A stretch of DNA of 64,000 nt, from the NCBI GenBank assembly GCA_964019335.1, contig OZ025657.1, positions 248,001 to 312,000 of the forward strand. Reading direction: 5' to 3'. The translations under genes were made by a program, and so were the position numbers. Numbering within the stretch: the first letter of the stretch is position 1; each line of letters opens with the position of its first letter. The stretch comes from Diplonema japonicum. Lineage: Eukaryota; Protista; Euglenozoa: Diplonemea. The notes beneath the pieces are model-generated. The model was not told the origin of the DNA and made no database searches. It was given only the letters and a program-made list of their open reading frames with translations. Below, one piece after another: positions 63,181-64,000 of this stretch.

Positions 63181-63572
63181 CCTTCCAAGAGCCACACGAA
63201 AAGGAGTGGACACGCTTTTGTGTGTTTCATAATTATAGGAAGAAAGAAGGACCTGTCCGAAAGAAGAGGATTCTGTTCTCTATTTCAATGACATGAACAA
63301 GCAAGGCTTGCTGCCAGTTCAGTCCGGACGGCTTATTCAAGGCTAAACTCGGTTGTGAAGAGGAATTTCAACAAGCAGTTGCAAGACCACCCCCGACTAA
63401 AGGTCCCTCAAGAGGTACCAAGAAGGCGAGTCAACAAAAAAGGCGAACATCTTTACCAAGAGCAAATGATGGAATTCTTTAGCACCGAGGTATGGCATCG
63501 TCCGCCACGCCTATGCAGCGTTGATGTTCGCAGGAAACATGCACACTGCCGAGGCACAAGTCTTATCCCTTG
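63181..63572 (+). pseudogene. Decayed Crypton-type tyrosine recombinase fragment
   Basis: Across several frameshifts: PSKS..EKEWTRFCVF..PKEEDSVLYFNDMNKQGL.ASSVRTAYSRLNSVVKRNFNKQLQDHPRLK.LKRYQEGESTKKANIFT.EQMMEFF..IVRHAYAALMFAGNM(H)TAEA, where GxRxxE box I carries R>H. Confidence 0.65.
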
Positions 63573-63611
63573 TGCTAGAAAAGATATTATAGTGGGATTG
63601 TAGAGAATAAA

Positions 63612-64000
63612 AAAACCTTTTAAAAGTAAAAGTAAAAGAAAGAGGCCGAAAAAAAATAAGAATAAGAAGATAAAGAAGAAGAATGACTTTGCTTATAAAC
63701 CACGCCTGGCGTACAAGCAACTGCAGGCACAGTCTACTTGATTACAGGGGGCGAATAGAACAAACAGCCCGCTTATTTTTAAGAAAAGAAAAACGGGGGA
63801 AACGTTGTGGGGGAGAAAAACGGGAAAAAAAAAAAGAAGAAGAAGAAGAAGAAGAAGAACAAAAAAGAAATCACTTTGGAAACGAAGTGGTAAGCAACGG
63901 TGGCGTGCCTACCTTGTGATGCTCTTAACCTGCTACCCACCGGAGTGCCTAGCTGATGCTTGCATCTTTCAATCCTTTTCAGTAATCCTTTCTGTTCTTT
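63612..64000. repeat. Direct repeat copy 2 (continues beyond the window)
   Basis: Near-identical to 60055-60423. Confidence 0.9.

Noticed and set aside
1-64000. CRISPR arrays, rRNA, tRNA, SL RNA genes, and non-canonical (non GT-AG) introns
   Set aside because: None found by eye. All introns needed to restore reading frames were GT-AG.

Overview
This is eukaryotic protist DNA, most likely from a euglenozoan and probably a diplonemid. That is an inference from about 24 protein genes all on the minus strand (a directional cluster), at least 26 hand-predicted tiny GT-AG introns (33-63 nt, donor GTRT), and intergenic DNA full of A/T and G/C homopolymers. Recognisable genes are a HemY-type protoporphyrinogen oxidase, a CDK, a PP4R4-like HEAT protein, a DUF218 protein, a UBL-RING-CH ligase, a papain-family protease, a PNGase F-like enzyme, a DODA/LigB dioxygenase, a PDZ protein, a PHO80-like cyclin, a FYVE-RING protein, PP2A B55, a SEC63-like protein and a glutathionyl-hydroquinone reductase. 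Joining ORFs across the micro-introns reveals architectures the ORF track hides. The main one is a ~1400 aa voltage-gated K+ channel carrying a signal peptide, a ~500 aa ectodomain and an extra TM helix. A second is a possible PWI-RS-CDK fusion. Mobile DNA includes a non-LTR retrotransposon family whose copies end in a sense-strand oligo(T), not poly(A), and sit inside T-tracts co-oriented with the genes. There are also piggyBac-like and Tc1/mariner-like MITEs, a decayed Crypton-type tyrosine recombinase, and a ~370 bp direct repeat flanking the GST gene. All exon structures and domain calls were made by eye, without database searches.
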